Made by a program: the position numbers and the translations under genes. From the human T2T-CHM13v2.0 reference genome, Homo sapiens, in assembly GCF_009914755.1 (NCBI RefSeq), contig NC_060946.1: a stretch of 64,000 nucleotides of DNA; one strand, 5' to 3'. The notes beneath the pieces were generated by a model. That model saw only the letters and a program-made list of their open reading frames with translations, was not told the DNA's origin and ran no database searches. Below, one piece after another: positions 51,948 to 64,000 of the stretch (positions are counted from its first letter, which is position 1; the number at the start of each line of letters is the position of its first letter).

Positions 51948-53742
51948 TTGAGTCTGACCTTTGTAGACCACGTTAAGTGGGCTCCTTTTGCCTCTGATTT
52001 TGGGTTGAGTTTGGTCATTGGGAGGCACCAGTGGGGGTCTCAGAGGTCAGATTTCCCCGGCTCCTGTCAGGGGCCCAATCACACAGTTCCAGTCCTTGCT
52101 GGGTTTCTTAACACCTTCCTGCCTCTGTGTTTCCTCCCCTCAGCCCTGCCCATACCTCTTGGCCCCTCCTGGAATCATTTCAGCCCCTAAGCATGCAAGC
52201 AGTAACTTGCCAGGACCTGACCAACACTGAGGACCTTTCCTCAGCATCTCACTTGTCCTGTTGGCTGGAAAGAAAGCACAGAAGACTTTCAGGCATTCAT
52301 AGATACTTGCTGATCCCTAAAGGAAACGGCACCAATGTAACAAACTTGAGAATTTATACATTTTATTTATACTTTTTAAAAGCTTTACAAAGCTCTTGAG
52401 TAATGAACCATAAAAGCTCTTTCTAAGGCAATGCTAAGGCTTCCACTAATTTCCTGTCATCCTAGACATGGTACCCAGCACACTTTGAATCTTGCAGGCT
52501 GTACTTGATGATACAAGTAAGGTAGTGCAGAACTGTGAACTGGGTTCATTCCTGACCCCACTGGGGTCAAGGGATGACCTTGTCTTACAACCTGCAGAAA
52601 AGATTCATAACATTGATGTTTTTAGAGTTGCCAGTGTTCCAGGACTGTTCTGGGCTTGGAGGAAATAAAGGTAAATTTTAAGACAATCCCCATTCCCCAA
52701 AATCAGGTGTGGAGGCAATTTGATAGTTAACCAGGAGATCCCACAGGAGAATGAGAGGCTCCTACCATGGCAAGCTGGGTGTCTTTGCATCCCAGAGTGG
52801 CCAGCATCACCCAGATAAGAGACGATGCAGGGAGAGCATCTTGGAGGAGAAGGCATTTCAGTGACCACACAAGAGCAACCAGTGATATTAGGGCCAGCCT
52901 GGACTTGTGACTCTTTGCTTGTCAGCCTCCATGAAAACCTGAAACATAAAGTTCTCCATGCTCTGCCTCCCAGCAGGAAAGAATCCTCAGGGAGCAGTTT
53001 TTCACAGATAAATATGGGGAAAAAAATCATTGTCCCAAAAGAAATTCACACCAAACTAAGGGATGCCAGGCAAGCTGTGGCCCTGGCAGAACTCTTCAAC
53101 ACCCTGCCAGCCCTGCTTCTCTTGCCTACAGGGCCTGGTGCTCCCTTCAGCCCATTCTGCCTGGGGGCACGATTCAGTTAAGCATCTCCTATCAGACAGA
53201 CTGAGAGAGTGAGAGGCGAAACCCATTTCAACTTGGGCATCAGGTGTGCTATGGAAAGACAGGCTCAGCACAGATTCTGGATGGTAGCTGCAGACTTTTG
53301 GTGGGGTTGAGGGGGACAGGCAAGACCTCCCAGAGGACAGATGCTCTGACAGCTGCGGAGAAGCGAACAGCCGGGGTCAGACAGGCAGCAGCGAGGGTCA
53401 GAGGCAGGGGCAACGTAGTGTGCAAATCCCACAACAAGAGCAGAGAGACCTCGATTGGAGCCACAAGCTCGAAGCTAAGTGGCCGCGTGATCTTGGAAGA
53501 GTTATTTAGTGTCCCTGAGCTTCACTCGCCTCATCCGTAAAACGGAGATAAAAACAGCTACCGATTGGGTTGTGTCAGGATCAAACAAATGAGTGCAAGA
53601 AAGTGCCCCTAATAAATCAATGCTTATTAATGTTTCCTGAATGAATAAACAGCACAAGACACTGTTCAGAGTCCTCCTTCTTTGACTTCATCCTCTGTAT
53701 AATGGGGGACATAATCTTAAAGTGCTTGTTAAGGACATGGAG

Positions 53743-53920
53743 TAAGTGGCTCTCCAACTCCAGTATGCATCAGAATCACCTGGAGGGGCTTGTTACAACA
53801 GAGTGCGGACTCCTCCCCAGTTTCTGATCCAGGATCTCTGGAGTGGAGCCTGAGAATAGTCTGCATCCAGGCGACACTGCTGCTGCCGGCCCAGGGACCA
53901 TACTTTGAGAACCGCTGCTC
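53743..53920. mobile_element. MER5A-like hAT MITE
   Basis: gcatcagaatcacctggagggg...gggaccatactttgagaaccgctg. Confidence 0.8.
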
Positions 53921-54197
53921 TAGCAGAAGCACTTGGAAGAGACTCTATAGTAAAAACTCAACACATGTTAACTGTGATTATTTTGAGAGAGTACGAGGGC
54001 GTGCAAATAATCTATTTCCAATTCCTCTCAAGTAGAGAGCACCACTTTTCTTCACTTGGACAAGACAAGGAAAGGCTGCATTCTTCTTTCAGCTACCACC
54101 ACATGTCCCGAGGCCTTGGAATTTGTTACTCTTTCAGGGTGAGAAAAATGGAAAGAGATGAGAATGGGTATAGGCTTCTACTGCAAAAAAAATTTCA

Positions 54198-54198
54198 A

Positions 54199-54230
<32 letters not shown>
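54198..54230. repeat. (AAT)n microsatellite
   Basis: Direct reading. Confidence 0.95.
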
Positions 54231-54233
<3 letters not shown>

Positions 54234-54271
54234 CCCCTGGAAATCCAGAGAGCTGGATGCTGGTTCCAGTT

Positions 54272-55002
<731 letters not shown>

Positions 55003-56058
55003 CAGTTGTGCCAGCTAAGTGATTTGGGGCAAATTATCTAACCTCTTGGATCCTCAGCCACTGCCTCTATCAAACAAGGGATTTAGAATTTCTATACAGC
55101 ATTTTCCTAACATCCAGGTTTTTCCCAAATTCAAGCTGAAGAAGGTGAGACACAGAGTGGTTAAGTAACTTGCCCAAGGTCCGAGGGCTCAGCTAGTCTG
55201 TGACAAAGTGACGGGTTGAATTCAGGGTCCTGCTTTTAAGCCCACAGTAATGGCCTCAATAAAACACATATGTACCTATTAACATTTTTAAAACATATGG
55301 CAAATGTACCCTCTCAAATCATGTTACAAACCTCCAGGATTTGGGAAACCACTCATCTAAATCTGTCCACTCTAAATGCTGAACCATGGATGCAAAGACA
55401 AAGTTATTTCAACTATGCAGAAAACAGAAGTAGATGCACCACCTGGCTTTGTAAGCCAAGCCTTCAGGGCTCAGCGAGGAACAGGTGTGACCACATGGGT
55501 TCCAGGGCCTGCTGTGAGAACAAGGAGTCTCTTGGTGTCCCCTCCATGGCAAGGCACATAAATGGATGATGAATGAATGAAGCATCCAGGATTTTCTATC
55601 CTGCATATCCCAGTCTGCTTTAGGATTGACTTTCTTGTGCTATAAAGAGCATAGCCACCTGAGAAATCAGAAACCCAAATTTTACACAGAAAACATTAAA
55701 GGATGAGACCGATTTTGGGGTGGGTCAAGAGAATTGTAATCAATACAGGGAGATCATATCTGGGGTAGGTGGGTTATCTAACAACACCCCAATACTGATC
55801 CATCATGGGGGCCTCTGGAAGACTGGCCTGGTCCAAAAAGTCCACACACATTAGCCAGACAATCACTCAACAATGATCAGTGTAGCGCCATGTTATGGTC
55901 ATGCTAGATGACTCATCAAGCTTTCTTGTTTTTAGAATGTGCCTTCATTCTAGATTGCTCTGACCCTTCACCTCACCTATGAAACTCTTCCCCACATTTC
56001 AAGACGTAACTCCACCTCTTGGGACCTCAGATTCCTCATCTATAAAGAGGAGTAATAA

Positions 56059-56358
<300 letters not shown>

Positions 56359-56956
56359 CCCATGTCAACTAACTGTTGGGCAAATTAACTGAGATGACTC
56401 GCGTAAAGGGATTAGAGCCTGGTACCTTGTAAGTAATGGGTATGTATCAGCAATCATCAATAATAATAACAATTATAGTTTATTCTAAGCTGAACGTTCT
56501 ATATCTAAGGTCTGAGCCCCAAATTTCCTCAAATGTCAGCCATCAAGTTCTTTTCTTCTTCTCTCACTCTTTCCTCTACCTTCAAGTAAGGTTAGGATAG
56601 TATTTTTCCCATCATTGAAAGGAAGGTCTTCAAGGTGCCCAATTCCCTCTGTTCCATCAAATGCTGACACTGCCTTGTCACCTCTCCCCAGATAACAGGG
56701 TAAAAGACACAGGAATGAGGAGGTGAGACACTTGACTCATCATCTGGGCTGTGGCTGCAACTTTGTAACCTGAGGCAAGACCCTTTCATCATTTTTAAAA
56801 TGAGAGAGTTGCATCTTTATTTGTTGTTGTCATTCTCAGTGGCACAATTTCTAAAATAAGTTTTACAAAAAAGCAGAATATGCAACAAGAGAAGGCTACT
56901 CTGAGGCCAGCACAGACAGGGGGCTGGCAGAGATATGGTCCCTTGCCTTGGCCATG

Positions 56957-57435
56957 GTGTGGTAGCCAGCCTCCAAGACTGTCTCCAAAGATCCCTTCCC
57001 CCTGGTTTTCATGCCGTGTAGCCTCTCCTATACTGTGTCAGAGCCGGGCTGTATGACCAATGGAATTCAGCAGAAGTAATGGTATAAGACATCCGAGGCT
57101 AGGTTATAAAAGTCGTTGTAGCTTTTTACTTCTTCTCTGTTTAAACTGCTTACCCTGGGAAAAGCTAGCTGATATGTTATGAGAACACTTGAACAGTCCT
57201 AAGGAAATGAGAATTCCAATCATGTCAGTAAACTATATGGTTACAGAGTCTTCAGCCCCAATCAAACCTTCAGATGACTGCAACCCCTGATGTCATCTTA
57301 ATTGTAATCTCTTTAAAGGTTGAGAGTCATAATCCCCAACCAAGCTGCTCCCAGATTCCTAATTTTCAGAAACTGTATGAGATAATAAATGCTTGACATT
57401 TTAAGTTGTTAAGTTTTGAGGGTACCTGGCTATGT
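56957..57435 (+). mobile_element. MLT1-family LTR
   Basis: tgtggtagccagcctccaag...gtagcaataagtaactaaca. Confidence 0.75.
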
Positions 57436-58470
57436 AGCAATAAGTAACTAACATATACAGGGAGGGTACCTAAGGTGCCCTGAAAATCACTGCACGTGAC
57501 AATACCACCAGGTTCCTTCCAGCTATAACATCCCCTAATTTCAGGGCCTGAAATTTAAAGAGGACATTTTTATTTTTGTGGATTTACATCCTTGAAGAAG
57601 CCCCAAAGAAGGCCTATGAAGCTAATAAAATGTGTGTCTAAATGCTATGATAGTATCCTCCAACAGCAATGTGGGATATGGAAAGATAGCTGGCAAACGC
57701 CTTCACTGCTGGGTTATTATGTAAAGTCCATGAAGATACAATAGAAAAAGTGCATTAAAATACTGTAAGGTTAGTTAGGACCCAGAATATAGGTGAGAAG
57801 CATCAAGTTTTATAAACATGTTGCCTCCAGCAAAATGCAAACGCCCCACTAAGCTAATAAATACATCCATAGTCTGGAGAATAATTTAAAACATTTCAGC
57901 TTCTTTTAGAAGAACAGACAGATCTTTGCCTAAACTCACTGAGGAACGATTACCTCATGGGGCTGCTAAAGCCCCCAAGGTGAAAGATGATCCCCATATA
58001 ATGACTGGTAACCCTAAAGTCTGCAGAGGTGAGGCCCCTGTGAAGCACACAATAAGGATCTGGGCTCAGCAGCTGATGAGAGTCTGGGTCCCACAAGCTC
58101 TAATTCACAGAGCTTCAGTGCAATGGTTCAAAGAACAGGTTCTAGAATCAAACTGCCTAGGTTTAATCCCAAGCTCTACCTCTTTCTGGCTGTGTGACCT
58201 TGAAATAATTATAAAACCTTTCCTAGCAGTTTTCTTATCTGTCAAATGAAGGTAAATATGTTGTGTGAATTACATGAGATATTTTATGTAAAGCTCTAGC
58301 ATGATGTCTGGTACATTTCAAGGACTGATTAACGGTTATTAACTATAATACATTACTACTGAGAAATGAAGTTCAAAGCAAGGAGCAGAAGGAAAAATGA
58401 GTACTTCCTTAAGGAGTGGTCTGGCATCAGAGGATAACATTCATTCACTTTCCATAATAACAATATCCAT

Positions 58471-58980
58471 TGTGGCAGTTCTTAAGTACATCCACAAATG
58501 CCTAGACGTTCCTCTCATTGAGAGATGGGTATGTGCTGAGTGGGCTTTTGTGACCATTTCAACTAACAGAATCCACTATCAGCAGATGTGACACTGTGTG
58601 GCTTCTGAGGCCAGGTCATGAAAAGTGCTTCCTTTCTGCCTTGCTTACGGGAATACTTGTACTTAAAGCCTTTAGCTGCCATGTAAGCAGCTGACTGCCT
58701 AGAGCTGCCATGCTGTGAGGAAGCTCAAACTAGCCCATGCAGAGACCACATGAGGACCTGAGTCTAAAAGAAAGGGAGGTTGGGTCAGCACCCACTCTTC
58801 CAGCATTGTACTGTTCCAGCTCCAGCCACACACTAATGCCACCTGTATGAGGGACCCCATACCAGAACCACTCAGCTAAGTCCTTCTCAAATCTCTGACC
58901 CACAGAAACCATGACAGCTAATAAAATAACTGGTGCTGTTTCAGATTATTTAAGTGTTAGGTGATTTTTCAGGTACCAGT
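58471..58980 (+). mobile_element. MLT1-family LTR
   Basis: tgtggcagttcttaag...gctgccatgctgtgaggaagctcaa...ctgacccacagaaacc. Confidence 0.7.
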
Positions 58981-60946
58981 GGAGAAGTTGAATATTCATA
59001 ATGAGTATATGTGACACTCATGCATAGTTAGCTTCCCCTGCCTCCACCTCATTTCATCCTCACAATTGCACTGGGAAGAACATGTTATTATTTCCATTTT
59101 ATAATGATGAAATAGACTCCCAAAAGGTAACTGAATTGTCTAAGGTCACAAGACTAATGAGTAGCAAAGGAAAGTCTCCTGTTCAGGAATTCTGATACCA
59201 GTTCCAGTGACTGTTTTTTCTTCCGTACAATAGCTGAGTCCCAGAATAGACCTGAACCGGAAAGGCAAGAAAAATACACACATCCATACACACATGTGCA
59301 TGAGTGAAGATCAAAGGGGATCGTTCTGCTCCAACTTCTGAGGCACACAGAGGCCAGGCCATCACTGAAACAGCACTGCACAGGCAACAGAAATATGCAA
59401 GAATAAGACAGGCAGCTATTTGAAAGACACATAATTACCAAATGATAAGAGGGCAAAGGGACTGATGAGGGCCCGTTGTTCCTATCACCAGATAGCTCAG
59501 CTGACAGCCTTGGCATATTGATAGAGGAGTTTTCAGAAATGCTTTTCGGAGCCCAGAGAAGTTTCCGCAACACCCACAGATGGTGGCAGCATCTCTGGTT
59601 ACGTGGCCCTGCACCGTGACAGGATGTCAAGATGAGCTTCAGCACTTGGAACCAAAAAGCGCTGTGATGAAGGGAGTTTCTATTTTGACTCTACTGACTG
59701 ACATTTCTTGTCTGCCTCTATGGCTTTTTCGTTAAAATCCTTAAAGACACCAAATGAGGGAGTGAGAGGAAGTGCACTGCTCATGGGTAGGAGGCCAGCA
59801 CCTTGTGGAGAGTGTGCTTTGAAATATGACTGTAGCAGGCCAAGACTTTTAAGTGCATCTATTGGAGGTTCTGAACAGGACCAGGGGTTCCTCATAGAAG
59901 AATTCTACCAAAAATAACTTTTTAAGAATCTAAGAAGTTAACATGATCAGTAAACACAAAGAAAGAGAAGAAGAACAAAACCTAATTCTCAAGTGCAAAA
60001 GACTAGAAAATAAGTTATACCGAAAGTCAACATGGCAGTTCAGGCAGACACCCAGCTAGCTGCAGGAGTTTTTTTTTCATACACCAGTAGCAGCTGGAAT
60101 CCCAGTGAGACAGAATCGTTCACTCCCCTGGAAAGGGGGCTGAAGCCAGGGAGCCAAGTGGTCTCACTCAGCTGGTCCCACTCCCACAGAGCCCAGCAAG
60201 CTAAGAAACACTGGCTTGAAATTCTCCCCACCAGCACAGCAGTCTGAAGTCTAGCTGGGATGATTGAGCTTGGTGGAGAAAGGGGCGTCCACCATACTGA
60301 GGCCTGAGTATGCGGTTTTCCCCTCACAGTGTTAATTGACTGTGCAGAACTCATGACGGCATGGCAAAGCACCTGGGGCCAGACTGTCTCTCTAGATTCC
60401 TCCTCACTGGGCAGGACACCTCTGAAAGAAAGGCAGCAGCTCCAGTCAGGGGCTTATAGATAAAACTCCCATCTCCGTGAGACAGAGCACCTGGGGCAAA
60501 AGGTGGCTGTGGGCACAGCTTCAGCGGACTTAAACATTCCTGCCTGCTGGCTCTGAAGAGAGCAGCCCATCTCCCAGCACAGCACTCAAGCTCTGCTAAG
60601 GGATAGACTCCGCCTCCTCAAGTGGGTCCCTGACTCCTGTGCCTCCTGATTGGGAGACACCTCAAACAGGAGAGCTCCGGCTGGCAACGGGCGGGTGCCC
60701 CTCTGGGACAAAGCTTCCAGAGGAAGGAGCAGGCAGCAATCTTTGTTGTTCTGAAGCCTCCGCTGGTGATACCCAGGCAAACAGGGTATGGAGTGGACCT
60801 CCACCAAACTCCAGCAGACCTGCAGAAGAGGGGCCTGTTAGAAGGAAAACTAACAAACATAAAGCAATAACATCAACATCAACAAATAGGATGCCCACAA
60901 AAAAGGCCATCAGCATCCAAGATCAAAGGTAGATAAATCTACGAAG

Positions 60947-61973
60947 ATGAAGAAAAACCACTGCAAAAATGCTGAAAATAACAAAAACCAGAATGCCTCT
61001 TCTCCCCCAGATGATCGCAACTCCTCTCCAGCAAGGGCACAAAACTGGATGGAGAATGAGTTTGACCAATTGACAGAAGTAGGCTTCAGAAGCTGGGTAA
61101 TAACAAACTCCTCTGAGCTAAAGGAGCATGTTCTAACCCAATGCAAGGAAGTGAAGAACCTTGAAAAAAGGTTACAGGAAATGCTAACTAAAATAACCAG
61201 TTTAGAGAAGAAGAACATCAATGACCTGATGGAGCTGAAAAACACAGCACGAGAACTTTGTGAAGCATACACAAGTATCGATAGCCGAATCAATCAAACA
61301 GAAGGATATCAGAGATTGAAGATCAACTTAATGAAATAAAGTGTGAAGACAAGATTAAAGGAAAAAAAATGAAAAGTAATGAACAAAGCCTCCAAGAAAT
61401 ATGGGACTATGTGAAAAGAACAAACCTACATTTTATTGGTGTACCTGAAAGTGACCGAGAGAATGGAACCAAGTTGGAAAACACTCTTCAGGATATTATC
61501 CAGGAGAACTTCCCCAACCTAGCAAGACAGGCTAACATTCAAATTCAGGAAATACAGAGAACACCACAAAGATAGTCTTCCAGAAAGGCAACCCCAAGAC
61601 ACATAATCGTCAGATTCTCCAGGTTTGAAACAAAGGAAATAATGTTAAGGGCATCCAGAAAGAAAGGTCAGGCTACCTATGGAGGGAAGCCCATCACACT
61701 AACAGCAGATCAATATGCTGAAACCCTACAAGCCAGAATAGAATAGGGATCAATATTCAACATTCTTAAAGAAAAGAATTTTCAAACCAGAATTTCATAT
61801 CCAGCCAAACTGTGTTTCATAAGCAAAGGAGAAATAAAATCCTTTACAGACAAGCAAATCCTCCTGAAGGATTTTGTCACCACTAGGCCTGCCTTATAAG
61901 AGCTTCTGAAGGAAGCACTAAATATGGAAAGGAAAAACTAGCACCAGCCACTGCAAAAACATACCAAATTATA
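60947..61973 (+). pseudogene. Disrupted L1 ORF1p
   Basis: Frameshift near 61300 and several in-frame stops. Confidence 0.88.
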
Positions 61974-62037
61974 AAGATCAATGACATTATGAAGAAACTG
62001 CATCAACTAATGTGCAAAATAACCAGCTAGCATCATG

Positions 62038-62240
62038 ATGACAGGATCAAATTCACACATAACAATATTAACCTTAAATGTAAATGGGCTAAATGCCTCA
62101 GTTAAAAGACACAGACTGGCAAATTGGATAGAGTCAAGACCCATCAGTGTGCTGTATTCAGGAGACCCATCTCATGTGCAAAGATACACATAAGCTCAAA
62201 ATAAAGAAATGGAGGAATATTTACCAAGCAAATGGAAAGC

Positions 62241-62271
<31 letters not shown>

Positions 62272-64000
62272 GGAGATGCAATCCTAGTCTCTGATAAAAC
62301 AGACTTTAAATCAACAAAGACCAAAAGAGACAAAGAAGTGCATTACATAATGGTAAAGGGATCAATGTAACATGAAGAGCTAACTATCCTAAATATATAC
62401 ACACCCAATACTGGAGCACCCAGATTCATTAAGTTCTTAGATATCTACAAAGAGACTTAGACTCCCACACAATAATAGTGGGAGACTTTAATACCCCATT
62501 GTCAGTATTAGACAGATCAATGAGCAGAAAATTAACAAGAATATTCAGGACTTGAACTCAGCTCTGGACCAAGTGGACTTAATAAATATCTACGGAACTC
62601 CCCACCCCAAATCAACAGAATATACATTCTGCCCAGCACCATAAAGCACTTATTCTAAAATCGACCACATAATTGGAAATAAAACACTCCTCAGCAAATG
62701 CAAAGAACAGAAATCATAACAAACAGTCTCTCAGACCACAGTGCAATCAAATTAGAGCTCAGGATTAAGAAACTCACTCAAAACTGCACAACTACATGGA
62801 AACTGAACAACATGCTCCTGAATGACTACTGGGTAAATAACAAAATTAAGGCAGAAATAAATAAGTTCTCTGAAACCAATGAGAACAAAGACACAACATA
62901 CCAGAATCTCTGGAAGACAGCTAAAGCAGTGTTTATAGGGAAATTTATAGCACTAAATGCCCACAACAGAAAGCAGGAAAGATCTAAAATTGACACCCTA
63001 ACAACTAGAGAAGCAAGAGCAAACAAATTCAAAACCTAGCAGAAGACAAGAAATAACTAAGATCAGAGCAGAAACAAATGGAAAAACATTCCATGCTCAT
63101 GGATGAAGGAGATAGAGACACAAAAAACCCTTCAAAAAAATCAGTGAATCCAGGAGTTGGTCTTTTGAAAAGATTAACAAAATATATAGGCCACTAGCTA
63201 GACTAATAAAGAAGAAAAAGGAGAAGAACAAATAGACACAGTAAAAGATGATAAAGGGGATATCACCACTGATTCCACAGAAATACAAACTACCATCAGA
63301 GAATACTGTAAACATCTCTACACAAATAAACTAGGAAATCTAGAAGAAATGGATAAATTCCTGGACATATACATCCTCCCAAGACTAAACCAGGAAGAAA
63401 TCGAATCCCTGAATAGACCAATAACAAGTTCTGAAATTGAGGCAGTAATTAATAGCCTACCAACCAAAAAAAGCCCAGGACCAGATGGATTCACAGCCAA
63501 ATCTTACCAGAGGTACAAAGAGGAGCTGGTGCCATTCCTTCTGAAACTATTCCAAAAATAAAAAAAGAGGGATTCCTCCCTAACTCATTTTATGAGGCCA
63601 GCATCACCCTAACACCAAAACCTGGCAGAGACACAACAAAAAAAGAAAATTTCAGGCCAATATCCCTGATGAACATCAATGTGAAAATCCTCGGTAAAAT
63701 ACCGGCAAACCGAATCCAGCAGCACATTAAAAAGCTTATCCACCACTATCAAGTTGGATTCATCCCTGGGATGCAAGGCTGGTTCAACACACGCAAATCA
63801 ATAAATGTAATCCATTACATAAACAGAACCAATGACAAAAACCACATGATTATATCAATAGATGCAGAGAAGGTCTTCGATAAAATTCAACACCTCTTCA
63901 TGCTAAAAACACTCAATAAACTAGGTTTTGATGGAACAAATCTCAAAATAACAAGAGCTATTTATGACAAACCCACAGCCAATATCATACTGAATGGGCA
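62038..64000 (+). pseudogene. Disrupted L1 ORF2p (endonuclease and start of RT region)
   Basis: Multiple stops/indels, A27 run at 62241-62267. Confidence 0.88.

Larger units (their letters stand above)
60028..64000 (+). mobile_element. Older primate L1 (L1PA8-10-like): partial 5' UTR, ORF1, ORF2 5' half; continues beyond the window; antisense to LARGE1
   Basis: ORF1-like peptides at 60947..61339 and 61369..61575; ORF2 start atgacaggatcaaattcacac at 62038; EN/Z-domain peptides at 62698.. and 63349.. Confidence 0.95.

Noticed and set aside
59573-59592. CTCF-like ccacagatggtggcagca
   Set aside because: Three mismatches to the core in either register
59154-59645. 163-aa ORF
   Set aside because: Low-complexity Cys/Ser/Leu composition, no domain or exon signals
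60947-64000. Active L1
   Set aside because: Both ORFs broken by stops and frameshifts; 5' UTR incomplete

Overview
Primate (human-like) genomic DNA lying entirely inside a very large minus-strand gene. Two small coding exons (45774-45856, 83 nt; 23955-24078, 124 nt) splice in frame to [69 protein letters not shown], which I recognise as the start of the xylosyltransferase domain of LARGE1. The rest is intron packed with about 26 Alus, L1/L2/L3/MIR fragments, MaLR/ERVL/ERV1 LTRs, a near-complete MST provirus, Tigger/hAT DNA transposons and the 5' 4 kb of a decayed L1PA. Nearly all ORFs in the supplied track are repeat-derived or random. I found no new protein-coding system. The most interesting unexplained structures are: (1) a ~355-bp inverted duplication of unique+Alu sequence; (2) a ~205-bp non-repeat-looking direct duplication bracketing the 124-nt exon; (3) the two exons forming a 207-nt, stop-free, phase-0/phase-0 cassette flanked by inverted Alus, i.e. 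a candidate rolling-circle-translatable circRNA; (4) several palindromic or templated-insertion scars. Repeat subfamily names are from visual recognition, not a RepeatMasker run; repeat boundaries without TSDs are approximate.
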